From positions 64,835-128,834 of the forward strand of contig JBDRKO010000001.1 of NCBI GenBank assembly GCA_043813915.1: a stretch of 64,000 nucleotides of DNA, in the 5' to 3' direction. The position numbers and the translations under genes are program-made. Below, in pieces: positions 49,103 to 57,536 of this stretch; the stretch's first letter is position 1, and each line of letters starts with the position of its first letter. This stretch comes from Candidatus Omnitrophota bacterium (GTDB taxonomy: Bacteria; Omnitrophota; Gorgyraeia; Tantalellales; Tantalellaceae). The notes beneath the pieces were generated by a model, which saw only the letters and a program-made list of their open reading frames with translations, had not been told where the DNA came from and did not search any database.

Positions 49103-50794
49103 TTATTGTATTCCTTCCGTTTCCGCAGTTCCGGGGTTTGACGCCAGATACTGAAGCGCTCTTTCGGCTATATTTTTGAACACCGGACCCGCAACGGTCC
49201 CACCGTAATGGGCTTTTTTGGGATACTTCGCGGTCACTATTATGCTGACAAGCGGTTTTTCCTTCGGCCCGAAACCGATAAAGGTCGAATTGTATCTGTC
49301 CGCGTAATATCCTCCCGCGGGATCTACCATCTGAGCTGTCCCGGTCTTTCCGCAAAGCCGGTATTTTTTTGACCGTGCCCGTTTTCCGGTCCCGTCGTTT
49401 ATGACCGCTTCCATAATGTCTTTCATTTTATCACAAGTTTCGCTATTTAGTACCCTTCGCTTAACATCCGTCCGGAACTCATTACTTATATCCCCTTCCC
49501 AGTTCACTATCTTATCGACGATACGGGGGGTCATTAAATATCCGCCGTTCGCGATAACGCTAACGGCGGAGACAAGCTGGATCGGAGTAACGGCGATCCC
49601 CTGGCCTATGGGAATGGTCGTCATATCACTTTTGCTCCATTTAGAAGGAGGCCGGCAGATACCCGAGGCTTCTCCGGGAAGGCCTATCCCCGTTAACTCT
49701 CCGAACCCGAATCTCTTTATGTAATCATATAAGGGCTTTTTCCCGAGTTTTTGCGCGGCCTTTACGGTCCCGATATTGCTTGATTTGGCTATGACCTCAA
49801 GAAAGGGCAGTTTCCCGTATTTATGCACATCGTGCAGGATCCGTCCTCCCACGGAATATACGCCGTTCTCGCAATATATTTCCTCGTCCAGACCGACCGC
49901 GTTCTCGTTAATGACGGCGCTGGCGGTCACTATCTTAAAGACGCTGCCGGGTTCGTACATATCCGCTACGGCCGTGTTCTTGATATGTTCTTTCGGGGCC
50001 CGTCCATGATCGTTAAGATCGTAATCGGGATAGCCGGCAAGGGCGAGTATGCGTCCTGTATCCGGTTCCATAACAATGACCGACGCGCTTTCGGGACGGT
50101 ATTTCTCCGCCATAACGGATAACTCCTCTTCCGCTATGAACTGGATAACGCTGTCTATGGTCAGGATGATGTCCGATCCGTTCTTAGGAGGAACCGATTC
50201 CTTTTCAATGTAAAAGACCGTACGCTGTCTAGCGTCGCGTAACGAACGGCGTTCGCCGGGGACGCCTTTAAGCTGCCCGTCGAACATAAGCTCCAGCCCT
50301 TCCAGTCCCGTATTATCCGTTCCCGCAAAACCTATGACGTGTGATGCCAGTTTCCCGCTGGGATAGTTCCTTCTGCTTTCCTGCACAATGTAAAGACCCT
50401 TGACACCCGTACCGACAACCGCCGCGGCTTCTTCTTCGGCGACCTTCCGCTCTATCCAGACAAAAGCCTTATCCCTGGAAAGCTTTTCGAAAAGTGTATC
50501 CTTATCTATTTCCAGTATCCCCGCAAGGATCCCGGCAGTGCCTTCCGGATCCGCGATCTCCCGTGAATTGCAGTAAATGCTCGGAGCGTCCAAGTTTATT
50601 GCCAATGGGTCCATATGACCGTCGAAGATCCCGCCGCGCCGGGGCTCTATCCGATGCGCCGATGAATGCTGTCCGTCGGCCAAGGCGATAAATCTGTCCT
50701 TAATTATGATCTGAAGATAAAAGAGACGCGCAAAAAGGGATACAAAAAGGGACATGATAAGAAGTACAACAAAATAACGGCGCGTTCTGAGCAT
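49103..50794 (-). CDS. ftsI: penicillin-binding protein 3 (division transpeptidase FtsI)
   Basis: N-terminal TM, dimerisation domain, SVFK / SSN / KTGTA. Confidence 0.85.
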   Translation of the reverse strand: MLRTRRYFVVLLIMSLFVSLFARLFYLQIIIKDRFIALADGQHSSAHRIEPRRGGIFDGHMDPLAINLDAPSIYCNSREIADPEGTAGILAGILEIDKDTLFEKLSRDKAFVWIERKVAEEEAAAVVGTGVKGLYIVQESRRNYPSGKLASHVIGFAGTDNTGLEGLELMFDGQLKGVPGERRSLRDARQRTVFYIEKESVPPKNGSDIILTIDSVIQFIAEEELSVMAEKYRPESASVIVMEPDTGRILALAGYPDYDLNDHGRAPKEHIKNTAVADMYEPGSVFKIVTASAVINENAVGLDEEIYCENGVYSVGGRILHDVHKYGKLPFLEVIAKSSNIGTVKAAQKLGKKPLYDYIKRFGFGELTGIGLPGEASGICRPPSKWSKSDMTTIPIGQGIAVTPIQLVSAVSVIANGGYLMTPRIVDKIVNWEGDISNEFRTDVKRRVLNSETCDKMKDIMEAVINDGTGKRARSKKYRLCGKTGTAQMVDPAGGYYADRYNSTFIGFGPKEKPLVSIIVTAKYPKKAHYGGTVAGPVFKNIAERALQYLASNPGTAETEGIQ

Positions 50795-50828
50795 ACCGGA
50801 TGTGCCTTGTTATAAATAATTGTTTTTT

Positions 50829-51188
50829 TTAGCGGGACTTAGCTTCGGCGATCGGAGTGAACGCGTCGAGCATTCTGCCGAAAACGTTCTTCTCCGTAAC
50901 GGCAACACCCGTCGACGCGAGAGCGAGCCTGTAGCTGCCCGTCTGGATGCTCCTATGCTTAGCGAAGATAATATCTTCCCCGTCCAGGGAAGTAAGCAAA
51001 TATCTGGGAGACTCCAATCTTGATAGATTATACATTAACTTGGAGTTACGGTCAATCAGTTGGGAGATACGCCGGATATTGTCCTGCATCATATATCCGG
51101 CCTTCAGCGTTTCCACGCGCTGATGGACATAGCATACGGAGAGTAAAGTGAATGCCAGACCTATTATGACCATTCTATGTGTTCTCAT
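50829..51188 (-). CDS. ftsL: FtsL-like cell division membrane protein
   Basis: Small bitopic protein with coiled coil in the canonical position between rsmH and ftsI. Confidence 0.5.
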   Translation of the reverse strand: MRTHRMVIIGLAFTLLSVCYVHQRVETLKAGYMMQDNIRRISQLIDRNSKLMYNLSRLESPRYLLTSLDGEDIIFAKHRSIQTGSYRLALASTGVAVTEKNVFGRMLDAFTPIAEAKSR

Positions 51189-52069
51189 TATACCCTTTCC
51201 GCTATTCTTAACTTCGCGCTTCTTGATCTGGGGTTCTGCCGTTTTTCTTCCTCGGAAGGCACTATCGGTCTTTTTGTCACGATCCTGACCTTCCCGGTCC
51301 TTTCCATATCCCTAAAAAGGTGTTTCGCTATACGATCCTCCAGGGAATGGAACGATATCACGCATATCCTGCCTTGCTTCTCGGTGTGATCGAATATCTC
51401 TGTCAGAGCTTCCCTCTCGGAATCAAGTTCATCGTTAACGAATATCCTCAGAGCCTGGAACGTCCTGCATGCGGGGTGCATCATTTGTCTCGTGTACCTT
51501 CTTCCTATGGCCCTGGTCACTAGATCCGAAAGTTCTTTTGTGGTTCGTATCCTTTTCTTTTGCCTTTCGGAGCAGATAATGTTCGCCAAGTGTCTGGCAT
51601 GCCTTTCTTCCCCGTAAGACCGGATAATATCCGCTATCTCATCCCTGCTGAAACGGTTCACGACGTCGCTTGCGGAAATGCCTTTATGGCGGTCATACCT
51701 CATGTCCAGCGGGCCGTCTTTGGAAAAGCTAAAACCTCTTTCCTCCTCATCGACCTGGAACGACGACATGCCCAGATCGAATACGGCACCGTTAACTTTT
51801 TTGATTCCGCTCTTTTCAATGATCGACCCTATATTCCTGAAATCCTCGTTAACGAAGATCATACTGCCGCTGACTTCCTTGAACTTGACCTTGCTCCTCT
51901 CTATGGCGTCCGGGTCCCTGTCTACCGCTATTATTTTACCGCCGGGGAGCACATGCTTAAGTATCTCCTGGGAATGTCCTCCTCCTCCCAGTGTCGCGTC
52001 CATTATCACATCCCCCGGTTTGAGCGAAAGATGCCCGATTATCTCCCTCACGAGTACCGGACAATGCAC
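51188..52069 (-). CDS. rsmH: 16S rRNA (cytosine1402-N4)-methyltransferase
   Basis: MraW family, DATLGGGGHS SAM motif. Confidence 0.9.
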   Translation of the reverse strand: MHCPVLVREIIGHLSLKPGDVIMDATLGGGGHSQEILKHVLPGGKIIAVDRDPDAIERSKVKFKEVSGSMIFVNEDFRNIGSIIEKSGIKKVNGAVFDLGMSSFQVDEEERGFSFSKDGPLDMRYDRHKGISASDVVNRFSRDEIADIIRSYGEERHARHLANIICSERQKKRIRTTKELSDLVTRAIGRRYTRQMMHPACRTFQALRIFVNDELDSEREALTEIFDHTEKQGRICVISFHSLEDRIAKHLFRDMERTGKVRIVTKRPIVPSEEEKRQNPRSRSAKLRIAERV

Positions 52070-52106
52070 GAATATACCCCTCTGTTCTTTTCGGATGCGC
52101 GGCGCA

Positions 52107-52301
52107 TCAATGACCGCCGCTAAGAGCCCTGCCTATTATGCCCACCTGACTCTTGTAAAAACGGCTATATTCGCCTATTAGGTCCTTTCCCTTTCCTTTA
52201 TGTCCGGGGACCGACCTGTTTTTGTCCGCGCCCGACCGGGTCCTGCCGTAAATGGACCCGCCCATATCACATGCCTGGATATATCTTTTTACAGGTTTCA
52301 T
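52107..52301 (-). CDS. small hypothetical ORF (about 64 aa), translationally coupled to the upstream ORF
   Basis: ATGA stop-start overlap with ORF 52298-52489; basic protein; no recognisable family. Confidence 0.2.
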   Translation of the reverse strand: MKPVKRYIQACDMGGSIYGRTRSGADKNRSVPGHKGKGKDLIGEYSRFYKSQVGIIGRALSGGH

Positions 52302-52489
52302 CCGCAATCCTTTATCGTAAGATACGACCTTTTCCCCAATCCGGAGGACGAAACAACAAACCTCTTTACGCCCAGATGCTCTATCCCCGCGGGAAGCGCC
52401 CTGGCTTTCTTGATCCTTTCCACCATGTTCACGCAGTTTATGAATTCCATCTGTTTTTTATGGAATTTTATAGCGTATCTTCTGTACAT
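52298..52489 (-). CDS. small hypothetical ORF (63 aa) inserted between mraZ and rsmH
   Basis: Starts 22 nt after the mraZ stop; no recognisable family. Confidence 0.2.
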   Translation of the reverse strand: MYRRYAIKFHKKQMEFINCVNMVERIKKARALPAGIEHLGVKRFVVSSSGLGKRSYLTIKDCG

Positions 52490-52511
52490 GTTGCCCTCCT
52501 TAGAATGATCT

Positions 52512-52964
52512 TTATATTTCCATCAAGCCTTCGGCTATCTCTTCATATTTCGGTTTGGAGGTATCGTAGAACTCCTTCCACTTATCTTTGGCCCATATCT
52601 CTATGCGGTTCGATACGCCTATTATCATGATGTCCTTTGACAGCTTGGCGTATTCCTTCAAATAGTCCGGCACCAATATTCTCCACTGCTTATCGGGGAC
52701 GGCTTCGAACGCTCCGGAAAAGAAAAGTCTTTTGAACTTGCGCACTTCCCCTTTGGTAAAAGACAGGCCTCTGAACTTGCTCTCCTGAGCATGCCATTCG
52801 CTTTCGGTGAAAACGAAAAGGCACTGGTCCAAACCTCGTGTCACATAAAGCTTTTCTTCCCCCGATTCTCTTATAGGAAGACGGAACTTAGCCGGGACAA
52901 TGAGCCGGTTCTTTTTATCAAGGCTGTGTTCGTATTCACCGTAAAACACTCCACTTACCTCCAC
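52512..52964 (-). CDS. mraZ: transcriptional regulator MraZ (GTG start)
   Basis: Duplicated DxxxR motifs (DKKNRLIVP, DKQWRILVP). Confidence 0.85.
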   Translation of the reverse strand: MEVSGVFYGEYEHSLDKKNRLIVPAKFRLPIRESGEEKLYVTRGLDQCLFVFTESEWHAQESKFRGLSFTKGEVRKFKRLFFSGAFEAVPDKQWRILVPDYLKEYAKLSKDIMIIGVSNRIEIWAKDKWKEFYDTSKPKYEEIAEGLMEI

Positions 52965-53134
52965 TTTAATCCACTAACAATAGAGAGTATACATAAAAGC
53001 AGGGATTTTGTCAAATAAGTAACTTTCTTGAGTTTTAAATTTTACGAGGAATTACACAGCATATAGCGGTTTTAATAATACAGACCACATTGTATGGTGG
53101 CTTGAAGTATTCGAAAAAACTTTATTTTTTTACC

Positions 53135-53262
53135 CATTCGCCCCAGCGAAACCCCGCGCACTGCAGGATCAATTGGGAACCCTTCGGCTTCGCTCAGGGC
53201 AAGCAAGCCCCGGTCTCTAAACCGGAGTATCGGTGAATTGACAGATAAAGCGGATACGTTTC
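53135..53262. repeat. intergenic repeat element copy 2 (inverted relative to copy 1), upstream of mraZ
   Basis: Reverse complement reads TGTCAATTCACCGATACTCCGGTTTAGAGACCGGGGCTTGCTTGCCCTGAGCGAAGCCGAAGGGTTCCC...GGGGCGAATGGGTAAA, matching 35562-35790 without the tandem expansion. Confidence 0.55.
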
Positions 53263-53314
53263 AGAAAGGATGTTTTTTACCGTGGTATGCTACATTACAG
53301 ATAGCTGTTCATTG

Positions 53315-53361
53315 AAAAAAAAAAAAAAAAGGGGTGAGACAGACCTTATCTATCTCACCCC
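53315..53361 (-). terminator. strong rho-independent terminator, hairpin structure is bidirectional
   Basis: GGGGTGAGAcagaccttatctaTCTCACCCC hairpin flanked by A16 on one side (U16 on the minus strand) and TTTTATCTT on the other. Confidence 0.6.
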
Positions 53362-53385
53362 TTTTATCTTCACATACATTACGCC

Positions 53386-53730
53386 TTAAGCGGCCTTTTC
53401 AGCCTGCGCCTTTTTCTGCTCTTCCTGGAGCTTCCTCTTGTAGCATTTCTTTGTGCAGTAAAAAGCGCCGTTCCTGTAATACCAAAGTTTTTTAAGCAAC
53501 GCTTTAGCGCATGCCGCACACTCCGTAGGTTTAGGCGGTTTCTTTGCCTTAGGCATCCGCGGATCACCTTTCTTAACTTCTTCCTTAGGCGCTTCTTCGG
53601 TTTTCTCTGCGGGCTTTTCCACCGCTTTTTCTTTTGCGGCAGGCGCCGCCTTTTCCTCGGTCACAGCTTCTTTTGTTTCCTCTGCGGTCTCCTGCGCGTC
53701 GTCTTTCTTCTCTTCTTCTGAGCTCATCAT
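53386..53730 (-). CDS. hypothetical protein: acidic/Lys-rich low-complexity N-terminus plus C-terminal Cys4 zinc-ribbon-like motif
   Basis: ECAACAKALLKKLWYYRNGAFYCTKKC; ATGA-coupled to the upstream PilZ gene. Confidence 0.45.
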   Translation of the reverse strand: MMSSEEEKKDDAQETAEETKEAVTEEKAAPAAKEKAVEKPAEKTEEAPKEEVKKGDPRMPKAKKPPKPTECAACAKALLKKLWYYRNGAFYCTKKCYKRKLQEEQKKAQAEKAA

Positions 53731-54098
53731 TCCTCCGTTTTTATGTCTACTCTACCTGTTTTTTTTGACGTTATCCATTTTTTATATATGTGCTCGAGTA
53801 TTCTTCCCCTATCCTCGCTATTGATCTTTTTGAATTTTATCCCGCTCGCGTGTCCGTCCCCTTCGCCGGTCATCCCTCCGGCCCAGGCTATCTGCCCCTC
53901 GAATATTATGGGGACATTATCCCCTGGGATCATGACCTCCATTTCAATATTCTCTCCCATGCCGAGAGGCTCATCGCTCAAAAGCCCCGCACCTTCCCTG
54001 CAGAAGTTGTTGACCTTGACCCTTTTTAAAGATCCTCTCCTGCGGCATATAGCATCCAATAAAACATCAAAACGCATGAACCTTCTCTGCTCCGACAT
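53727..54098 (-). CDS. PilZ-domain c-di-GMP-binding protein
   Basis: RRFMR (RxxxR) and NFCREGAGLL (D/NxSxxG) motifs, 123 aa. Confidence 0.65.
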   Translation of the reverse strand: MSEQRRFMRFDVLLDAICRRRGSLKRVKVNNFCREGAGLLSDEPLGMGENIEMEVMIPGDNVPIIFEGQIAWAGGMTGEGDGHASGIKFKKINSEDRGRILEHIYKKWITSKKTGRVDIKTEE

Positions 54099-54170
54099 CC
54101 ATCCTCCCGTTCAAAAAAAACACACATCCTCCCCATCGCGACACACCGCTCCAACCCCGGTAAGGACACT

Positions 54171-54202
54171 AAACAAAAAGGGAACGATGCGAGATCGTCC
54201 CC
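54171..54202 (-). terminator. rho-independent terminator after small secreted-protein gene
   Basis: GGGGACGATCTCGCATCGTTCCC hairpin followed by TTTTTGTTT on the minus strand. Confidence 0.45.
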
Positions 54203-54234
54203 TTCTTGTTAAACATTCACATCATCGATGCGAT

Positions 54235-54564
54235 CTATTCGCTAAATACAAATTCAGGCTCAATGACCGGCTGGTAATCTTCCGGTATTGGGAACGGGAA
54301 CGTTACAGCTTCATAAACACCTGCACCTGTTCTCACGATAGTCATACCGATACCTTTCGCCAGACCCATTGTAAGTCCGGAAAGCACGTTCTCTTCAACG
54401 CTGGTCTCATAGATGTTCTTGGGAAGTTCAACCCACCCTGTCAATATGTTAGCGATACCTCTGCCGAGTTTCTTGGCAGGATCCTGCGCATAACACTGAG
54501 TGGTCATACCTACCATAGCTATGACAACGCAACATACGAACAACACTTTTAATGTCTTCTGCAT
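54235..54564 (-). CDS. small secreted protein (signal peptide, about 85 aa mature), resembles exosortase-associated TIGR04073-type proteins
   Basis: MQKTLKVLFVCCVVIAMVGMTTQCYA signal peptide; KKLGRGIANILTGWVELPKNIYE motif; consensus promoter TTGACA-N17-TATACT, strong SD AAGAGGAGGTG, own terminator. Confidence 0.5.
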   Translation of the reverse strand: MQKTLKVLFVCCVVIAMVGMTTQCYAQDPAKKLGRGIANILTGWVELPKNIYETSVEENVLSGLTMGLAKGIGMTIVRTGAGVYEAVTFPFPIPEDYQPVIEPEFVFSE

Positions 54565-54611
54565 AATACTATTTCACCTCCTCTTTATATATACGAATTA
54601 AATTCTAGTGA

Positions 54612-54640
54612 AGTATATCACGCACTTTTTACTATGTCAA
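54612..54640 (-). promoter_or_regulatory. near-consensus sigma70 promoter (TTGACA-N17-TATACT) for the small secreted protein gene
   Basis: Read on the minus strand in the 72-bp gap upstream of 54564. Confidence 0.4.
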
Positions 54641-55005
54641 GTGCCGGGTCCCAATAGCCCGTTTATCAGGCCTTCTATTCTTTCCCTGTCCTTCCTGTCT
54701 AGGTCGGTAAATTCCACCCCTGTGTCATACGCGACCTCTCCCCCTACGGCCGACCCGTGTCCTTTTACCACCCAGACCACTTTCCCCTTACATTTTACGG
54801 GGGATCCTCCCTCTCCTAAAAACAGCTCCACACCGACCCTCTCGAACATACCTACATCATTCGGCAGTGAAACGCACACCCCGCCCTGGCCGATATTCTC
54901 GGTATTGGCGTCGAAGATCTTTTCTTCACCGTTCTTGCATATGAGTATACGGCATCTGTAATTCACCCTGGGGAATTTTCTGCCGTTCATTCCGTTCCAT
55001 GTCAT
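54637..55005 (-). CDS. PilZ-domain c-di-GMP-binding protein
   Basis: GRKFPRV (RxxxR) and NIGQGG (NxSxGG-like) motifs, 122 aa. Confidence 0.65.
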   Translation of the reverse strand: MTWNGMNGRKFPRVNYRCRILICKNGEEKIFDANTENIGQGGVCVSLPNDVGMFERVGVELFLGEGGSPVKCKGKVVWVVKGHGSAVGGEVAYDTGVEFTDLDRKDRERIEGLINGLLGPGT

Positions 55006-55045
55006 AGTGTTCTAAATATACACCAAGAATCCCGTCTAAACAAGC

Positions 55046-55606
55046 TTATCTTAATTTTAACTCGAATTCGATGCCTTCCGGAGAGCGCATGTCCACCTTA
55101 TCGGGAAAAACCCCGAGGATCATGAAACCGTCAACGATCTCCCCCGTTGACACCATCACATCGTTAATGATCGCTTTCGGACTTACCGGAGAATACATAA
55201 TACCATTGAGCGCGGGAAGCTTTGAGGGTCTTAGCTCTTTAGACAGGACCTTGTCGTCCTTTCTCTCTCTGCCATCCTTCTCTTTTTGTTCTATCTCTTT
55301 AGCCGGGCCGGATATTCTCTCGGGGACGGATATTACTTTTGAGGGGTCTCTCTTCACCTCGGCCCGGCCGCCGCTTCTCATCCAAAGCGCTCCTGAAATG
55401 ATCGCACAGACCACCAGGACAATACCCGTCGCGATAACAATAACGGTCCGGAGCGTTCTTTTCTTTCCCCGGACAAGCTTAGGTGCCTCGTATAGGTCGA
55501 AGGACGGTCCCTCTACGGTTTTGTTCTCTACCACCTCTTTTCCATAGGACTGTTTCTTAGACCTGTCCTCCTGCGCTTTTTTCAGGGCCTTGGTTATAAT
55601 GCTCAT
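55046..55606 (-). CDS. gspB: GspB-like (T2SS protein B family) bitopic protein
   Basis: N-terminus MSIITKALKKAQEDR, single TM, C-terminal LPALNGIMYSPVSPKAIINDVMVSTGEIVDGFMILGVFPDKVDM resembling GspB C-domain; downstream of exeA. Confidence 0.6.
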   Translation of the reverse strand: MSIITKALKKAQEDRSKKQSYGKEVVENKTVEGPSFDLYEAPKLVRGKKRTLRTVIVIATGIVLVVCAIISGALWMRSGGRAEVKRDPSKVISVPERISGPAKEIEQKEKDGRERKDDKVLSKELRPSKLPALNGIMYSPVSPKAIINDVMVSTGEIVDGFMILGVFPDKVDMRSPEGIEFELKLR

Positions 55607-55630
55607 CTAAAAACCTTTCCAAAGAGCCGT

Positions 55631-56461
55631 CTAAACGACGGTCTCTTGATAGTTAAATCGTCCTTCTGTCTCCTCAATGCTCCTGCGCACTACGTCCTCT
55701 TCTATCTCCCTTGTCTCCTCAACGAAACCCAGAAGCAAGGCCCTGTCACATACTATGTTGATGATCCGGGGGATCCCTTTGGAGTATACGTATATGCCCT
55801 CGACCGCTTTATCTGAAAATATCGGTTTTTCTTTCGCTCCGGCCACGAAAAGTCTGTGATCTATATACTGAGCAAGCTCTTCCTTTTCCAGAGCCCTCAC
55901 ATGGAACTTGACCCCTATACGCTGTCTGAGCTGTAACAGGTCCGGGGAATCCAATTTATCCTGCAGTTCGGGCTGTCCGACCAGCACTATCTGCAGAAGT
56001 TTCTCTTTTTCCGTCTCCAGGTTCGATAGCATACGGATAGTCTCCATCGTGGTCTTTCGGAGATTTTGCGCTTCGTCTATTATGAGGACCGCGTTATTAC
56101 CCAGACTTAGCTGTTCCAGCAGGAATTCGTTAAGCTGTTTGATAAAAGCTACTTTGCTTTTCCGTTCCGGTTCTATCCCGAAATCGCTCAAAACGGCTTC
56201 CAGCAGTTGGTTCTCGGGGAGGCTCGGGTTAAAGATCAGGGACGTTTTCGTCTTTGAGTCCAATTGATTGAGGAGCGCCCGGCATAGGGTCGTCTTGCCC
56301 GCGCCTACCTCACCGGTGATCTCCACAAATCCTTTCCTCTGCTCTATCCCGTAAGAAAGATGGGCCAACGCTTCTCTGTGCGTATGGCTGAGGTACAAAA
56401 AATTAGGATCGCTGGTTACATTGAACGGGTTTTCTTTTAGTCCGTAAAAGTCAAGATACAT
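55631..56461 (-). CDS. exeA: ExeA/GspA-family AAA ATPase
   Basis: MYLDFYGLKENPFNVTSDPNFLYLSHTHREA...GEVGAGKTTL; 276 aa, ATPase domain only. Confidence 0.8.
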   Translation of the reverse strand: MYLDFYGLKENPFNVTSDPNFLYLSHTHREALAHLSYGIEQRKGFVEITGEVGAGKTTLCRALLNQLDSKTKTSLIFNPSLPENQLLEAVLSDFGIEPERKSKVAFIKQLNEFLLEQLSLGNNAVLIIDEAQNLRKTTMETIRMLSNLETEKEKLLQIVLVGQPELQDKLDSPDLLQLRQRIGVKFHVRALEKEELAQYIDHRLFVAGAKEKPIFSDKAVEGIYVYSKGIPRIINIVCDRALLLGFVEETREIEEDVVRRSIEETEGRFNYQETVV

Positions 56462-56832
56462 ATATTCCGGTTCTCCTTGACAGCATTATACTATTAAAGA
56501 ATCAGGCAGTAAAGGTGTTTAGTAGATGGTGAATTGTATTGCGGGATATATCCGGCTACCCGGCATATTGGAACATCCTTCTTTGCCGAACTATTTTATA
56601 CTATTTGGCTTCGAAGGGATAGTTCCTGCGACAAAGTTCCTCCGAAGCCCAATAAGGCGAAGGAGAAAGCTTTAGCGAAACGAACATCCTCCCGAGAGGC
56701 GCTGAGAACGTAATCCGAGATGGATCGACACCGCGCTACACCCCAACATTACATTTACAGGGGCCCCGTAATAACATTAAATAGATGTAAGGAACCCTCC
56801 GCGTTTCGACAGAGGTGTCCGTTCAGCTTAGG

Positions 56833-57216
56833 TTACATGTCTCTAACTTTGGCGGGAATAGGAACAACCTTTCCGTTTTTATCTATGAACGCGTGATCAG
56901 TATATCCTGTCGAAGTAAGATCGCCATCTCTGGTAACTTCATATTCAAAAGTTATACGCGACCTTCTCATGTTAGATATTTTAGTTTTTATGTTTACGAC
57001 GTCATCATATTTTACAGGAATACGGTAACGGCACTGCGCTTCTGCTACAGGAAGAAAAAGACCCTCTTCCTCCAGGCTCTTATAACATATGCCCGCGGCC
57101 CTAAAAAGTTCCGTCCGGGCCATCTCGAACCAGACAAGATAGTTCGAATAATAAACAACTCCCATCTGGTCCGTCTCTTTATATGTCACCCTGTGTTCTA
57201 TTGTGTATTCTTTCAT
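56833..57216 (-). CDS. acyl-CoA thioesterase, 4HBT/YbgC family
   Basis: Hotdog fold, ETDQMGVVYYSNYLVWFEMAR motif. Confidence 0.8.
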   Translation of the reverse strand: MKEYTIEHRVTYKETDQMGVVYYSNYLVWFEMARTELFRAAGICYKSLEEEGLFLPVAEAQCRYRIPVKYDDVVNIKTKISNMRRSRITFEYEVTRDGDLTSTGYTDHAFIDKNGKVVPIPAKVRDM

Positions 57217-57536
57217 GAGAGAACCTTATTTATGGTAAATAATATTTGGTGAATTGTAAACCGTAACAATCGCATAGGGCACAGGGCATAGAGCACAGTG
57301 TTGTATTGACTGATGCTCTAGACACCCTAACCCATTTCCATTACACATAACACATCACACATTACACGGCGTCTCTGTCTTCTGACTTCCGATCTCCACC
57401 TCCGTCATTGCGAGGAGGCGCCGAGAACGCAATGTTCGAGGTGTGCCGAGATCTCTGGGCGAGACCCGCAGACCGACGAAACAATCTCGTTCTTAGCTAC
57501 GAACTATGAACTACCAACTACGAACTATTTTCTGCC
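57217..57536. repeat. modular interspersed intergenic repeat, copy B
   Basis: GCATAGGGCACAGGGCATAGAGCACAG, GTATTGACTGATGC, TCTGTCTTCTGACTTC and (CTACGAACTAT)x3 modules in the same order as copy A; also shares AGGCGCYGAGAACG with 56690-56730. Confidence 0.55.

Noticed and set aside
52200-52630. Plus-strand ORFs 52200-52508 and 52271-52630 in the mraZ-rsmH insert
   Set aside because: They are antisense to the ATGA-coupled minus-strand pair and run into the mraZ coding region, and they have no motifs. They are considered less likely than the minus-strand pair, which itself is only low-confidence.
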